64,000 nt of DNA from Basidiobolus meristosporus CBS 931.73 (GCA_002104905.1 MCFE01000023.1:124001-188000); one strand, 5' to 3'. Positions 35,627 through 52,506 are shown, numbered from the stretch's first letter. Notes: generated by a model from the sequence alone, not told the origin. Translations and numbers: made by a program.

Positions 35627-37166
35627 ATGAAGAGAACGACTCGTCTTACAGTGCTGCTTGCTCTGACTACATCATTCTTTTTTGTTGAATTGATTGTTGG
35701 CTATGCTGCAGGTTCTATTGCTTTGGTAGCCGACTCCTTCCATATGTTGAGTGATCTGTTGAGTATATGCGTTGCCTTGTACGCAATCAAGGTATTTACG
35801 CACCTATAAACTATTCATGACTAGACAAGTCACTCACCCTAAGACTGTTTAGCTTGGAGAAGACAAGAACCATTCTTCACAATACACCTATGGCTGGCAA
35901 CGTGCCGAAATTTTGGGTGCCCTGATCAACGGTGTTTTTCTCCTCGCTCTTTGCTTCTCCATTTTTGTTGAAGCCATCCAAAGATTCTTTGAGCCTAGAG
36001 GTACTTGCAGTAGGATCCCATTTGTCATTGTTCCTGATACTTATCGATGCTCTTAGCAATCGAGAACCCTGAATTGGTGCTGGTTGTAGGTGGCTTAGGC
36101 CTCTTGGTTAACATAATCGGATTACTTCTCTTCCACGGTACGTTCCAGAGCACCGATTGTGTTTGAGTTTATTCTTACATGCTTTCGTGATGTTTAGAGC
36201 ATGGCCACGGGCACGGTCACGGCCATTCCCATTCTCACACCGAGTCTAACCCTCTACACACTCCTGTATCCATAATCCAAACTGCTGACGAAGTCCGCCG
36301 TATCTGCGCTGACGCTGATCATCAACCTAACGAGAACACCGCACTTCTTCCTGATAGCCACTCAGCTCACAGTCACGATCTTGAAGGTGATCAAAAGCAT
36401 GCTCACGGTGGTCGTCTCAATATGCATGGTGTTTTCCTCCATGTGTTGGGTGATGCTCTCGGTAGTATTGCTGTGATTATCAGCGCCGTTGTTATTTGGA
36501 AGTGCGAGTTTCCTGAAAGATTCCTTTTGGATCCAATCATCAGTCTTGTAATCACTGGATTGATTCTGACTTTCTCATTGCCCTTGGGTAAGTATTCAAG
36601 TCTGTGCTATAACATACATCTATACCAGCAGCTTATTAATCTTCGTGGCTCTCGTGTGTAGTTAAAAGTACTTGCTACATCTTGTTGCAAGGCGTGCCCA
36701 ACTCCATCCCTATTGACATCCTTAAGAACGAAATGCAAAACGTAAATATCTGGATATTGAGAATTCTATGATCTTCTGTTAACCTTGATCAATGTAAAGA
36801 TTCCCGGGGTTATTTCGGTGCATGAGCTTCACGTGTGGCAACTCTCCGACATTAAGACTATTGCTTCTGTGCATATCCACGTATCCGACAGTGACATCTA
36901 TATGAATGTTGCCAACAGTGTCAAAGATTTACTTCATGCTTACGGAATTCACTCCGTAACCATTCAACCGGAGTTCCCCAAAACCTCACCTAATGTATGT
37001 GGCTTCCCTAATTCCTCGCAACTTCAAGAGGTTGATTTCTAACTGATGTTTCTTCATGTTCTAGGAACAATGCTTGATCCGCTGTCCAGCTACCTGCGAT
37101 GAATCTGCATGTTGCCCGGTCAAACCAGCTGGTGAGCTTGAATCTTCAAGCCAACACAGTCACTAG
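35627..37166 (+). CDS. ZRC1: CDF-family zinc/cobalt transporter (Zrc1/Cot1, ZnT1-like)
   Basis: ELIVGY..GSIALVADSFHMLSD, TYGWQRAEILGALINGVFL, His-rich loop HGHGHGHGHSHSH, LNMHGVFLHVLGDALG, HELHVWQL, Cys-rich tail. Confidence 0.96.
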
Positions 37167-37396
37167 GCTTTCGAGTCTCTACGAAACAATAGATTTTGAA
37201 TCACGCATACAATACAGTAGAAACAAACTACCAGATTCAGTTCATATACATATTAGTTAATTAAAATACCAACAGTTTGTATTTGAACAGGCAAATTTAC
37301 CACCATTTTAATGTTTATTTTCGGTATTAAAATCCAAGAAAATGCTTCATATTAATATAATATATATCTGGATGACAGTTGCGTAGCTGTCAAAGT

Positions 37397-39574
37397 CTAC
37401 ATGGAATCATCATCAGAATAGCCACATAGTGCACCTAAGACTGATTCTTCGTTTACAGCTGGTTTAGGTGCTTGTTCCTGTTCCTGTTCCTGTTCCTGTT
37501 CTTTCTCTTTCTCTTTCTCTTTCTCTTTCTCCGCCTCCTCATCTTCTTTGGCATCTGTAGACATGGTATCCTCAGCTGGGTTCTCTAATTCCTTATTATC
37601 GGATTCAGCATTCAGTGCATCTTCAATCACATCCATCGTGGGTTCAGCTGCAGGTAACGTAGTGCCATCGATTTCAGAGTTGTCTGAGGATTCTTTGGGG
37701 GTGGCCTCGCTACCAGTCTGCGATTTCGGCTCACCGCCTTGAGGATCATCGTTATTGGCCGACCGGCTTTCAGCTTCATTGCTCTCACTCTCCTTCACCT
37801 CGAGGGCTTCAGATTGTGGCTGTTCGTTATTAATAGGATCAGGCAATTTATCCGCAACAGTTGGTTGCGAATCATCGGTCTGGATCTGGGAGGCGTGAGA
37901 CTCAATATCATCAGCAGCGGTGTTTGGTAAATCCAAAATCGGCGTCTCATTGACAGCATCAATATTCTCCGACACTTCACTGAGTTGTTGTTCCTCTTGG
38001 ACTTGCTCAGACTCTTCGACGTTTACTTCAGAAGGCGATTCTACAAAAGCAAGCGATTAATATTATGAGGCGGGTGCAATCGACGATTCTAAGCTGACCT
38101 TTGGTTTCTGATTCCACTTTTTCTTGGTCTGGCTGCTGTTCATCACTAGGTAGCTCAGTAACAACCACACCACCAGCTATGTCGTCTTTATTGTCATCAA
38201 TAACATCCGAAGTATTGGTATCCATGTTGTCGGATTTGGAATGATTATTCGATACATCTTCATTAGGCGTTTCGGCTACATTTGCGTCCTCCGGAGTAGC
38301 GTCCATACTGGCTGTATTTTCATCAGCCGTATTGTCCTCGTTCGACAAAATACCGGCATCCTTCACTACGGTCAATTCTGGCTCATCAAGAGCCTTCTCG
38401 TCATCTGCTTTGCTTGAGAGGTCGCTTTCTTGGGGCTTGGCCTCCTCATCAAAGGCATCTGTCATATCAACATCTGCGCCTGAGCTTTCTTGGCTCTGCG
38501 AGTCCGTCGGTTGATCTTCTGGGTTACTTTTCTCTATACTAGGACCATGTTTAGGTGAATTGCTTGCTGACTGCATTTGCTCCGATTCGTTGATCTGAGA
38601 GTCACTCTTGCTACAGGACTCTTCTAATTCAGAGCTTTCTGAGGCTTGGCTTGCAGCAAAAGACTCTCGGAGGCCGGATTTTGATAAAACTGTATCGATC
38701 GGACTGTCAGCCGATGGTGCATAGGTGCTCTCCAGCGGTGTTTCAACCGAAGAGTCCACGTTTTCTTCCACTGGGGAATCAATCTGTGTATCAGTGTTTT
38801 CAACCGGTGAACTGACTTTAGCAGATGACTGGGAGTTTTCATCAAAAGGCTTATCTACGGGGGTGTCGTTTGCTGAGATCAGGTCGGGAGTATTTACACT
38901 GGAAGCTTGTGTCAAGATCGCTGAACCTGGTGTATCTTGCGGTGTATTGAGTTCATCTAATCTAGGCGTGTCTATATCGGTGTCTCCACCAGCATCAGAT
39001 TTATGTCGTTTGATCGTGGTATCAGTCATTTCATCATCCTCTTTGTCTCGTTTTTTAGACTGTACAGATGCTTCATTCTGAGATATTGAGAAGAGTGTCA
39101 GTACAGAGTCGTATATTGTGTGGCACACGCTAAAGTAAAACTTACCTCCGAAACGACCGCAGGATACGACTCTTCTTCGGATGAATCATCGTCAAAATCG
39201 GGCTCTCTATCCACTATGCGTATTTGTTAGTGCTGTTTTCGACGGCTGCAGCTAAAGCAAAGAACTTCAATCTACCTTTAACCCACTTGTAGATCTGGAT
39301 TTGCTTGCTATTGTTTGGGTGTGTCCATTTCTTCATCCTTTAGTGGAAGACAGGGAATTAGAAGAAAGCAAAAAGTGTAGCAGGAAGTCGGCGAGAGAAT
39401 TTTATCTCGATCGAGGATAAAACTTGGTGACCTCTCGACGATCCTAGCCTGATGTTAAATTAGTTACCAAGCCTGCACTGGTTCTACTAATGCCCGCTTT
39501 AACCGATCATGCTCATTAGTCGCGTGTCTATGACCACGCGCTTCAGAATTTCTGCTTGGTCGTGTTGAAGTCAT
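37397..39574 (-). CDS. BCL7-like (BCL_N motif) protein with very long acidic low-complexity tail, 5 exons
   Basis: Exon 1 (39468-39574) plus exon 2 (39276-39337) give MTSTRPSRNSEARGHRHATNEHDRLKRALVEPVQAW|MKKWTHPNNSKQIQIYKWVK, matching BCL7 V..W.KKW....L.IYKWV. The rest is a D/E/S-rich tail with EK/EQ repeats. Confidence 0.7.
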
Positions 39575-39932
39575 TGCGCTTCTCAAAAACCAGTCAACTC
39601 GAATGATGGGTGTGTATAGGATCTTTTAGACTATTTTTAAGCAAAATCGAATTATTTGGGGCTACTTTGATACAAGGGCTCTGGACAGATACGAGAATTC
39701 CACCATGCTACACCATGCACCACCTTAACCTAACCTATGGCCCAACCCGGCATAATTTGCTGATTTATTCATACATGATTAACTCCAGGAATAATTGGTT
39801 ATCTGGGTTGTTGCTTTGTGTACGTAATCATAAATTGCGTTGCGTCAACGAAAAATAACCAAGTAACGAGCTAGTAGTCGTTCCTACTATACTAAAGTAT
39901 ACTTGAATCCCTCTTTTCTCTTGACACATACA

Positions 39933-40683
39933 ATGGTAAATATTCCTTTTATCAGGCAAAGCGGCGCTTCTCTAGCTAGTGGCCTATCAACACTCTATTG
40001 TATGTTTGGAATTGACTGACTGATCAAGCTTCTCTTTCGTCATTTTCATGTAGGCTTCCAACTCTCTTAGAGTCGTTCCCAGCAACTTCACTTCTGAATC
40101 CGAGAAGCATAGTTTCGCGGAAACTAATAACTCCTTCAAAGTTCACGACACTCTTCGCCATGGATTCAAGTCCGTTGCCAGTGAAGTCACTGCCGGCCAT
40201 CCCTTGGAGGCAAAGCTCAACAATGTAAGAGATGCGACGCTATTACTGATTTCCATTTACTAATCCATCTATGGGGCCACAAAGTGGGAAGAAACCCAAA
40301 CCAATCTCAAGTTGAACATGCAACGTCAACTTTACGGAATCCACGCACCAGTTAGAGTTCTGATGGAGAGAGATATCGTCTCGCGTGTATGTACTTTGCC
40401 TTTTCAAGCGATATCTTTACCTATACTGAAGACCATCTTGTCAACTCGAATAGAACCAACGCCTCCCCGTACTTCCTTCCTCAAACATCGGCCTCGACAT
40501 TTTGACTGGAAAGGACGAGCATGTTGATTTTGAAGACTATCTAAATGGTAAGCACCATTCTCTCTCTAGCACTAACAACCAACCTGATAATCAACCGTTT
40601 GCACCATTTTAGACCCCGCTATGTCCACCCAAATGATGGATGTTCACGCCTCCATGGAGCATAAGCTTGGCATGAGATTCTAG
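39933..40683 (+). CDS. UMP1: Proteasome maturation factor Ump1/POMP, 5 exons
   Basis: HDTLRHG..HPLE..L.NW.ETQ, RQLYGIHAPVRVLMERDIV, LPSSNIGLDILTGKDE.VDFED, DVHASMEHKLGM. Confidence 0.95.
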
Positions 40684-41090
40684 TCTACTCAATGATATGA
40701 ATTTCAGTAGCAACCACTCTATTCTCTTGTATTAATTGACATACTTTACACCTATTAAACCATTTTCTCTTTAATGGCAAATCGCCTTATTGACATGTTT
40801 CAATTGATATCAATGAATAATGATTAATCTCAACAGACAACCCACAACCCACAACTCGCAACTCGCAACCAGCCTTACGATTTCTAAGCTAATATTCAGA
40901 TCGGATTGATTGGACAAGGAAAAAAATCCGATTGTGGTATAAGGATTACATACTGGTTCTATTAGCTTGTTCCCATTCAACCCCGTACACGGACGAAATC
41001 CAAAGGTCAGTGGAGAAGCAAGTTACATCCATTCGGTGGATTCTTATCGAGCCAGGGGTCCTGTTTATTGATATGTAATTGATATTTTAG

Positions 41091-41516
41091 ATGGCTGGCA
41101 TCACCGTTAAGGACGTGAATCCTCATGCATTCATCAAGGCTTACGCTGCCCACTTGAAGCGTTCCGGCAAACTTGAAGTCCCCAAGTGGATCGATTTAGC
41201 CAAGACCGCCACCTACAAAGAGCTCGGCCCTTATGACCAAGATTGGTTTTACATTCGCGCTGCTTCAGTTGCTCGTCACGTCTACCTTCACAAGACTGTT
41301 GGTGTCGGCCATTTGAGACGTCTCCACGGTGGTCGCAAGAACCGCGGCAGTCGTCCATCTCACCATGCTGACGGATCTGGTTCTGTCGCTCGTAAGATTC
41401 TCCAAGCCTTAGAGAAGATCAACATCATCGAACACAGAGCCAACGGTGGTCGTTCTCTTACTCAAGATGGCCAGCGTGACCTTGACCGCATCAGTGCTCA
41501 AGTCGCCAAGGCTTAA
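41091..41516 (+). CDS. RPS19: 40S ribosomal protein eS19
   Basis: MAGITVKDV..FIKAYAAHLKRSGKLEVPKWIDLAKT..ELGPYDQDWFYIRAAS; full-length ORF. Confidence 0.99.
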   Translation: MAGITVKDVNPHAFIKAYAAHLKRSGKLEVPKWIDLAKTATYKELGPYDQDWFYIRAASVARHVYLHKTVGVGHLRRLHGGRKNRGSRPSHHADGSGSVARKILQALEKINIIEHRANGGRSLTQDGQRDLDRISAQVAKA

Positions 41517-41852
41517 TTCTAGTATTATAGTTGACCACTCATACCCTTTGTAATGCCGATTGCTAAATAAAACCACTTCTTTCGCCGAACATTGGTGACT
41601 TATCGTTTTCACGATCTATACCATCCATCATCAGCTGCTGATGCCAATTCACAATCATTCAAAATCCACTACTCATTAAAGGTTGAACGTTAAACCAATG
41701 CTCGGATCCACATATAACTCTGCTAGCGGGAAAAATTTATACTCTGATCGAATTTCACGAGGAGCAGTCCAATCTGACAGAAAGTGGTGAATGTGAAGTA
41801 GCCTGAGGTTGGATTAACCGGTTGACTCAAGGTGTAGAAGCTACTGCTAACA

Positions 41853-45432
<3,580 letters not shown>

Positions 45433-45539
45433 TGGTGATGGCTCAATGTTTGGCCTCAATAATAAACGCATTTGTACACATGGATCTGTCTAAGGGATTG
45501 ATTATATATTTACATTATCAGTGGCCCATCCCGGCAGTA

Positions 45540-47314
45540 TTACGAGTTACGGGTAGCATGCATCTTGAATGCATTTGAAATCGCCAAGATGGTTGGCTTC
45601 ATCATGATCTCCACCTTTTTCAAATCAAAGCTCTCTGCCTCTGCAGCTATCATAGCTGACTTCATTCGCTCGTTGATTTTTTTTAGTGCTTCGATCATTC
45701 TTTGCGCCTTCTTTTCGTTCGTGTTGGCTTCTTGAGAGATAGAGGCCCAGAAGTGCCGCAATAGCTCTTTAGCACTAATGTGACAGCTGCTGATTTCTCG
45801 TAGTACGCTATGTGGGATGTTCAACTGTTTTGAGTCGAAACTGTGGGCCTGTCTCTTGTGAACTATGTCTCTATTCAGCTCTTGTGAGATCTCCAGGCCG
45901 ACAGACGGGTCGATCTCAACCGACTCCAATTCCGCCATTTCGTAACTGCTTTTGAATCTGGACAGGATGCTCGAGTAGTCTACGTCTGAGTTCGCCTGGT
46001 CATGCTCGCCGATGTTTTCGAAATATCTCGACTGATTTTCTATATCTAGATACAACACATTGGAATCGTGGCTCTCCTGGAGATCTGGCAACAAGATTTC
46101 ATTTTCGATATCTTGCTTTCTCTGGACATGGTCGCGGGAATCGGTGTTCTTCAGAATTTGCTCCGAAAACAAGTTGAATCGTCTAATTAGGGATAATGGC
46201 TGCGCACTGCTTCCAGGAATCATCGTAAAATTCGGCTTATTGCCAGTTTCTGGATGATCCTCCGAAGTTGCGTCCAGGTTCAACACAGTTGGAAGATCAT
46301 CGGTTCGGATTCGTTTGCTGGAATTGGCAATTGCTATCTCGTCCTCTTCCAAATACTTGTCGAATATATCGTCCTGGTGGTCAGCGGTGCTTCGTGATCG
46401 GCGAACCCGGTGGAAAAGCTTCGAAGCAAAATAACGTCTCCAGAAGTCCTCTTCTGACAGTTGATCCGGGACCGTGTCGTCGTATGCCCTTTTAACTGCT
46501 GGATATTGCAGGAATATGCCGTGAATGATCTCTGGTGTAAGAGTATATTGGAGGTCAGTCCCTTCTTGCTGAGTTGGCTTCAAATTAACCCAAGCAGATG
46601 ATTGTCCACGCTTTTGGTTCATTTTCGCCGTTTGATTTTCCAACAAATGCTAATTGAATATTGTCGTGGATTTTAGTAATGATGCATTGGCCGTTTTGTC
46701 CAGAGGCTATGGTAGATACTAACTTGTCTGGTTTCCCAAAACTCCTCTTCAGTTATATGCCCGGACAAGACCAATTGCTGGTGGAGCTTTGAAAGCTCTT
46801 CATTCCGAGCAAGTAGATTTTGTCGAATCTTGAGATCAATTGCAGACACCCTCGATTGAACTTGAGGCGAGGAACTTGCAGTGGAGTTGTTTCCCGTGGC
46901 AGACGGAGTGCTGACAGGGGTATTGAAGTTGGTTGAAGGTCAAAACTCTCGCCAAAATCTCGGTGATTTTATCCTTTATCTGCTCGCGCTCTGCTTTTGC
47001 GTTTGGCGAGGTGAAGTTGAAGGTATACGAGAGTTCAACCCCTTTATCGGAAACCGTTAATTTCAGCATCACCTTTGCCGACGAGCTTGGACTAACATGC
47101 TGGGCTTTGCGAGTAGTAAGTTAACATAAGGACAAGAATGAGTTCAAGAAATGAAAAAAATACCTCGAAAATTGGCGTGCACTATAGAGACACCAAGGTT
47201 CGTAGCGCCCTTCATTCGCCATGCTATTCTCTTGGTGGTTAAATAAACAGTTCCCTCTTTCTTTTTGTGACTTGCGGGAGACTCCAATATGACTTTCTCG
47301 CCCTTTTCCCACAT
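45540..47314 (-). CDS. TFB1: TFIIH subunit Tfb1/p62 (PH plus two BSD domains); apparent 1-nt frame break near 46940
   Basis: KKKEGTVYLT PH domain. BSD motifs ITEEEFWETR and LTPEIIHGIFLQYPAVKRAY..LSEEDFWRRYFASKLF. C-terminal ELLRHFW. Confidence 0.93.
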
Positions 47315-47770
47315 TTCTTGTTTCTTGGAAGCTAACTGAATAGAAGGCCAGGTCAAGCACGCACTCTACTGGCTGATCCGTGATTTATCTAACTCCTCGT
47401 GGAATCCAGCAGTCTCCGAGTCCATTGCCGCAGCAACATTGAGTTAATTAATTACTTCACCAATTCGTTAATCCCAATACATGGAGATGCGTCCTTATCA
47501 AATAATAGTTGAGAAGGGATGGCTTCGCTAAGAAATTGGCCCGAAGTGCTTCAAGTTATTCATTTGGTGCCACACATCGTAAATGGTATATTCACCGATC
47601 TATTTACGTCATGATGGCATCCTTCAATGATCGGGTTATTGGTACTTGGTTAGGGCGAGAACGTTGATATTTTAAGCTACAGAAATGGGCTATATAAGCA
47701 GGATGATTCGATCAACGGGATCTAACTACACACCACTTTCTAAACTCTGAAAACAGTTAAGGAATACCCA

Positions 47771-50058
47771 ATGTCTTCTTCCCTCACCTTGGACGGACCT
47801 TGGTTCAAAGATCACCTCGGAAGAAAAGTTCTCTTACGAGGAGTGAACATGGCTGGATCCTGCAAAACGCCACCATCAGTACCGTCACACGAGCGTACTT
47901 CCTTTTTCGACCACAAAACGGTGAGCTTCATAAACCGGCCCTTTCCAATAGAAGATGCTGATGAACATTTCAGAAGACTTCGTGCTTGGGGGTTTAACTT
48001 CTTGAGAATCTTGGTCCCTTGGGAAGCTCTAGAGCACGCTGGGCCGTAAGTTCACCTTCACACGAAACTCGCCAAGTATACATTAACTAAACAGGAAATA
48101 GAGGCCAATATGACTTGGCGTATATGGACTACTTGGTAGAAGTGTTCAAGAAAGCTCGAGAATATAATTTCAAGTGCTTTATTGATCCCCACCAGGACGT
48201 GGTAAGCTAGAGGTAGACCAGCGGTTTTACTCGACCACTGCCTTACTAAAATCTTCCTTTCTAGTGGTCCCGGTTCTCGGGAGGCTCAGGAGCACCCGGC
48301 TGGACGCTAACGCTGGCTGGATTAGATATGACCCAGTTTGCCAGTACCGAAGCAGCGTTGGTTCATAATACCTACGACGAGCCAACGAAGTTTCCAAAAA
48401 TGATCTGGGCAACGAACTACTTCAAATTAGCAGCAGCTACCATGTTTACTTTGTTCTTTGGCGGGTCTATATTTGCAAGGAAATTCGCAGTCGACGGAGT
48501 CAATATTCAAGAGTATTTACAGAACAAGTACTTTGAGGCCTACAAAACGCTTGCGAAACGAATCGTTATGGAAGGCTTGGATGATGTTGTGATCGGCTAC
48601 GACACTTTAAATGAGCCATCCAAAGGGTGGATAGAAGTAAAAGACCTGAGAAAATTTCCTGAGGAACAAGTACTGAAAAAAGGTTCAACACCAACACCAT
48701 TCCAAGCCATGCTAATGGGAGAGGGCTATGCATGTACTGTGGAAACCTGGGAGGTTGGGGCATTCGGCCCTCAAAGAAAGGGCTCTAAGCATATCAATCC
48801 TCAGGGGAACTCTGCGTGGTTCAGATCCAAAGATCGCACCAGTAACTCTGAGAGCGATAGATTTGAGTCCTATGATTGGAACGCCAGTTTTTTTGGTGGA
48901 TGTATCTGGGCAGAGCATGGAGTGTGGGATAGACATACGGGAAACCTACTTCAACCCAATTATTTCAGTACCTTTCCCGGGACAAACAATCCGGTAAACT
49001 TCGAGGAACATTGCTGGAAACCTTTTGTCAATCGTTTTGCCAGTATTCTCAGGACCGTCCAGCCCAACGCCATAATCTTTGTAGAGCCTCCAGTTAACGA
49101 GGTACCGCCCGAATGGCACGACTCCGATGCTACAAACATTGTATACGCCCCTCATTTTTACGATGGTCTTACGCTGGTCAACAAGCATTGGGGCTGGTGG
49201 AATATTGATTTTGTCGGATACAAGCGAGGTCATTACATGACGATTTTACAGGCCTTAAGATTCGGCTCCAAAGCTATACGCCAATGCTTCGTGGATCAGC
49301 TACAAACCATAAAAGACGAAGGAACAAAGTATCTAGGTAATTTTCCAAGCACAACCGAAGATGCAGCGGATTTATGCTAACTCTTGAATCTAGGGAGCTA
49401 TCCTTGCTTAATCGGCGAAATTGGCATTCCCTTCGACATGGATAACGGAGTGTCATATCGGACCAACGATTACTCACAGCAAATCCTGGCCATGGACGCG
49501 AACTTGAACGCCTTAGAAAGAAATCTGTTGCATTTCACTCTGTGGACCTATTGCCCAGACAACTGCCACTACTGGGGTGATCAATGGAACGGAGAGGATT
49601 TGTCTATATATTCGAGACCAACACACCAACCCAAGCAACACGAATACTCTTCTGATAAATTCAAGGATGACGTTGTAGACGAAGCATACGCTCCGAGCAG
49701 CCTTGTGGCCACATCAATCTACGATGGGGGAAGAGCACTAGCCGCTATCTTAAGACCGTATCCAATGGCAGTTTGTGGAGAGCCGATTTCCCTCGAGTTT
49801 GATCGCCTCAAGAAAGAATTCCGCTTCACATACGAACACCAAAAAAGCGCGACGACCAATATCAACTTATTTTATATTCCCATATATCAGTATCCAAGGC
49901 TGGGGTGTGAAATAACTGTCAGCTCTGGAACATGGAGTTGGAAAGATATGGGGTATGGTCTTTTGGAATGGGAATGCAATGATCCTGGATTGCAAACAAT
50001 TCATATCGTTGCGGAACAACCGCCACAGGACCCAAGCCCATTTTGTCAAATTTTGTAA
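47771..50058 (+). CDS. Glycoside hydrolase family 5, subfamily 12-like (endoglycoceramidase-related / steryl-beta-glucosidase)
   Basis: FKDHLGRKVLLRGVN, WGFNFLRILVPWEALEHAGPG, IDPHQDV, GYDTLNEP, YAPHFYDG, GEIGIPFDM, FTLWTYCPDN..WGDQWNGEDLSI. Confidence 0.94.
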
Positions 50059-50214
50059 CCATCTGTATTTTAACAACTATATTAATAAACCTATCTACCA
50101 TTGTCGTCTAGTTCTCAATGATTCAGATTTATTGTTATGTTAGTCCGATGAAATAGGGAAGGTTTGTCGAGTAGAAAAATAAAAATACAGAAGAATTAAC
50201 GAGCATTTTGATAT

Positions 50215-51934
50215 CTATCCTGAAATATCTTCAATGGAGGTGTAAACAACGCGATCCCATGGGCATCGGTCGGAGATATCTTTCAAACGAACTGCGCACT
50301 CTTCGCACATACGGTGCCCACATGGCTTTATCACTTTGCTTTCTTCCACAGAGAAGCATAGTTGGCATTCCTCAGGAGGGGCATGAGCAGGGCGAACTGG
50401 ACTATCTACGATTCCCATCATGGAGGTTTGTGAAGAGAGCTCGCTCTCGTAGTTGACAATCAAGTTGGCTATTGTGGCTTTGTACTCGGCTTCAGCATGT
50501 TGGATCATCTCTTGACGCCTTGACTGGGCTTCCTCGACTAACGCCTTGTAAGATTCATTTTGAAGCAAAGCCTTAATGCCGATGGGTGATTTGACTAAAG
50601 ATACTCTGGGACTTTTCCTGGCCATGTTCTTTTCTTGACTCTGAATAGCATTGGCGGTTGGAATTGTGGGCTGACTGTTTGCAGACACGTTTCGAGTGTT
50701 GAATTCTTGCTGGGCAGCCTTCACCAAACCAACGAAATGCTCTGCATCCTTCTCATCCCCCCTTTTAAATAGGAATTGTAGGAATCTACTCTCTCCAATG
50801 GTTACTAGGATAGTTGGTTGGTCATCTGGCAGGCATTTGTGACGGATGTCTGTGGTCACGTCGAATCCGAACGTAAGTATTTCATTGTCAAGCCTGGTTA
50901 TAGACAGAGTGCTAGGCTGTGAAGAGAGGGTCTCTTTGGCTTTGTCGGCAGATAATAACTCTCCCTCCCATCTGATTCCATCCTGGCAAATATTAAGCTT
51001 TCCATGACCAAGGGTGATCTAAAGAAGAAGGGTTAGTTAATTCCACCCAATGCCGTATCTTCTAAGGATAACCACATACATAGTTTGAGCAGATAGAAAT
51101 CTCCTCAAAAGCTTGTTCAGCATTGAACTGCCATGTCGAATCAGTGTTGTTTTTTCCAATGGCGAGAAGACTCTCGAGATGTTCGCTCCAGACCTGTTCA
51201 TTTGTTTTGACTTGGTCTTCGGCCAGTTTCTCGCGTGCCTTTTCCTGAATGATATGTGGCGAGGTTAGCAGTGAACTAAATGAAAAGTCCACTCGAACTC
51301 AACATACCAGATCCTCTTCGGTTATAAACACATCATCAAACGAGCCCAACCCAAATGAGTCCTCTGGGCCGTTTCGGCCATTCGTTGCTGCATTAGATTT
51401 GACCTCTGGCTCAGGTACTTGCGCTTTGAAAAGCGATTTTCTCTCGGAAAGCTTGAATACTGATGTATTATCAGAAAATAAGTCGTCATTCAGAGTAGGT
51501 TTGAAAGCTCTGGAGCTTTCGAGTCTGGAAAAAAGGTTCCGCCCTTGCGGCTTGTATTGAGGTGTTTCGAGACCGGTGGAGAACAGTTCTGGATCGCTTT
51601 TATGAGGAGTGTCGTCCTTGTTGGCAGCACCAAACAATTTCCTTTCAAATGGGCGAGTGCGCGGAGTCGTGGAGCTGGTGCCAAATAAATCACTGCCAAC
51701 GGATTGTGAAGGCTGTTTTGGCGTTTTAAAAAAAGAAGCAGCCAGTGGAGATTCAGGTGGGATGAAATAATTGTGTGCTGCTCGTTGAGGAGTTTGATGA
51801 GATTTCCGAGCAACGTTCTGCTCTGGCTTAGAAACACTCAGGTCGGAAAAATGAACATCAAAGCTCGAGGATGAATTCAAATCGAAATCGAGATTAAACG
51901 AACTATTGGGTTTGTTGTTTCTAAAGGAATTCAT
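50215..51934 (-). CDS. Hypothetical protein: S/T/P-rich N-terminus, PH/GRAM-like domain, coiled coil and C-terminal C3HC4 RING
   Basis: Three exons splice in frame. RING CQLC..PCGH..CEEC..CPWDR. A further upstream exon from 52098 is possible but out of phase by 1 nt. Confidence 0.75.
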
Positions 51935-52506
51935 GGTAGCAAGTGACTAGGGCAGGAAGTGCAAACGTCCAAGTGATCATTTAGCTTAGTACGTTGTCTG
52001 TTGTGTTTGTTTTTCGATGGAGTAAACAAATCGACAATGCTTGATTTGCTAATTGGTGATGGGCAGTCACTTATATGGCCAATTCTTGATCTTGACATTA
52101 TTTGGGGAATCAAGTGGAAGACTGTGCTTCAGCTTTCATACGCATGACGATGTTTTGAGCAACATGGCTTGAGACATAGGTTTACTTCTTGGTCGCAAAA
52201 AGGCCAAACTGGATTGGACTGGAGCTGATATCTACTTTCAGGGATAAGACCTTCAGGGGAACCGAAGTGGATATTGGCTTCCAATACCACACAACCAGAA
52301 ACAAGCTTGATTCGAGGCATACGTTATCTCCCACCCCTCAATGCTCCCCTCCCATCATATGAACTCCTTGATCAACCTTCGAATTCATTCATTACCCTCT
52401 GCACTCCCAGAACGTACTCTGTTCTTTTACTATACCTCTAGTAGTATACCATAGAATACATACCGCCAAGGACCCACACCACTCAAGACCCAGTCCGCTT
52501 TATACA

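Noticed and set aside
39400-39421. Near-palindrome TTTATCTCGATCGAGGATAAA in the first intron of the BCL7-like gene
   Set aside because: Short and isolated, with no other support.
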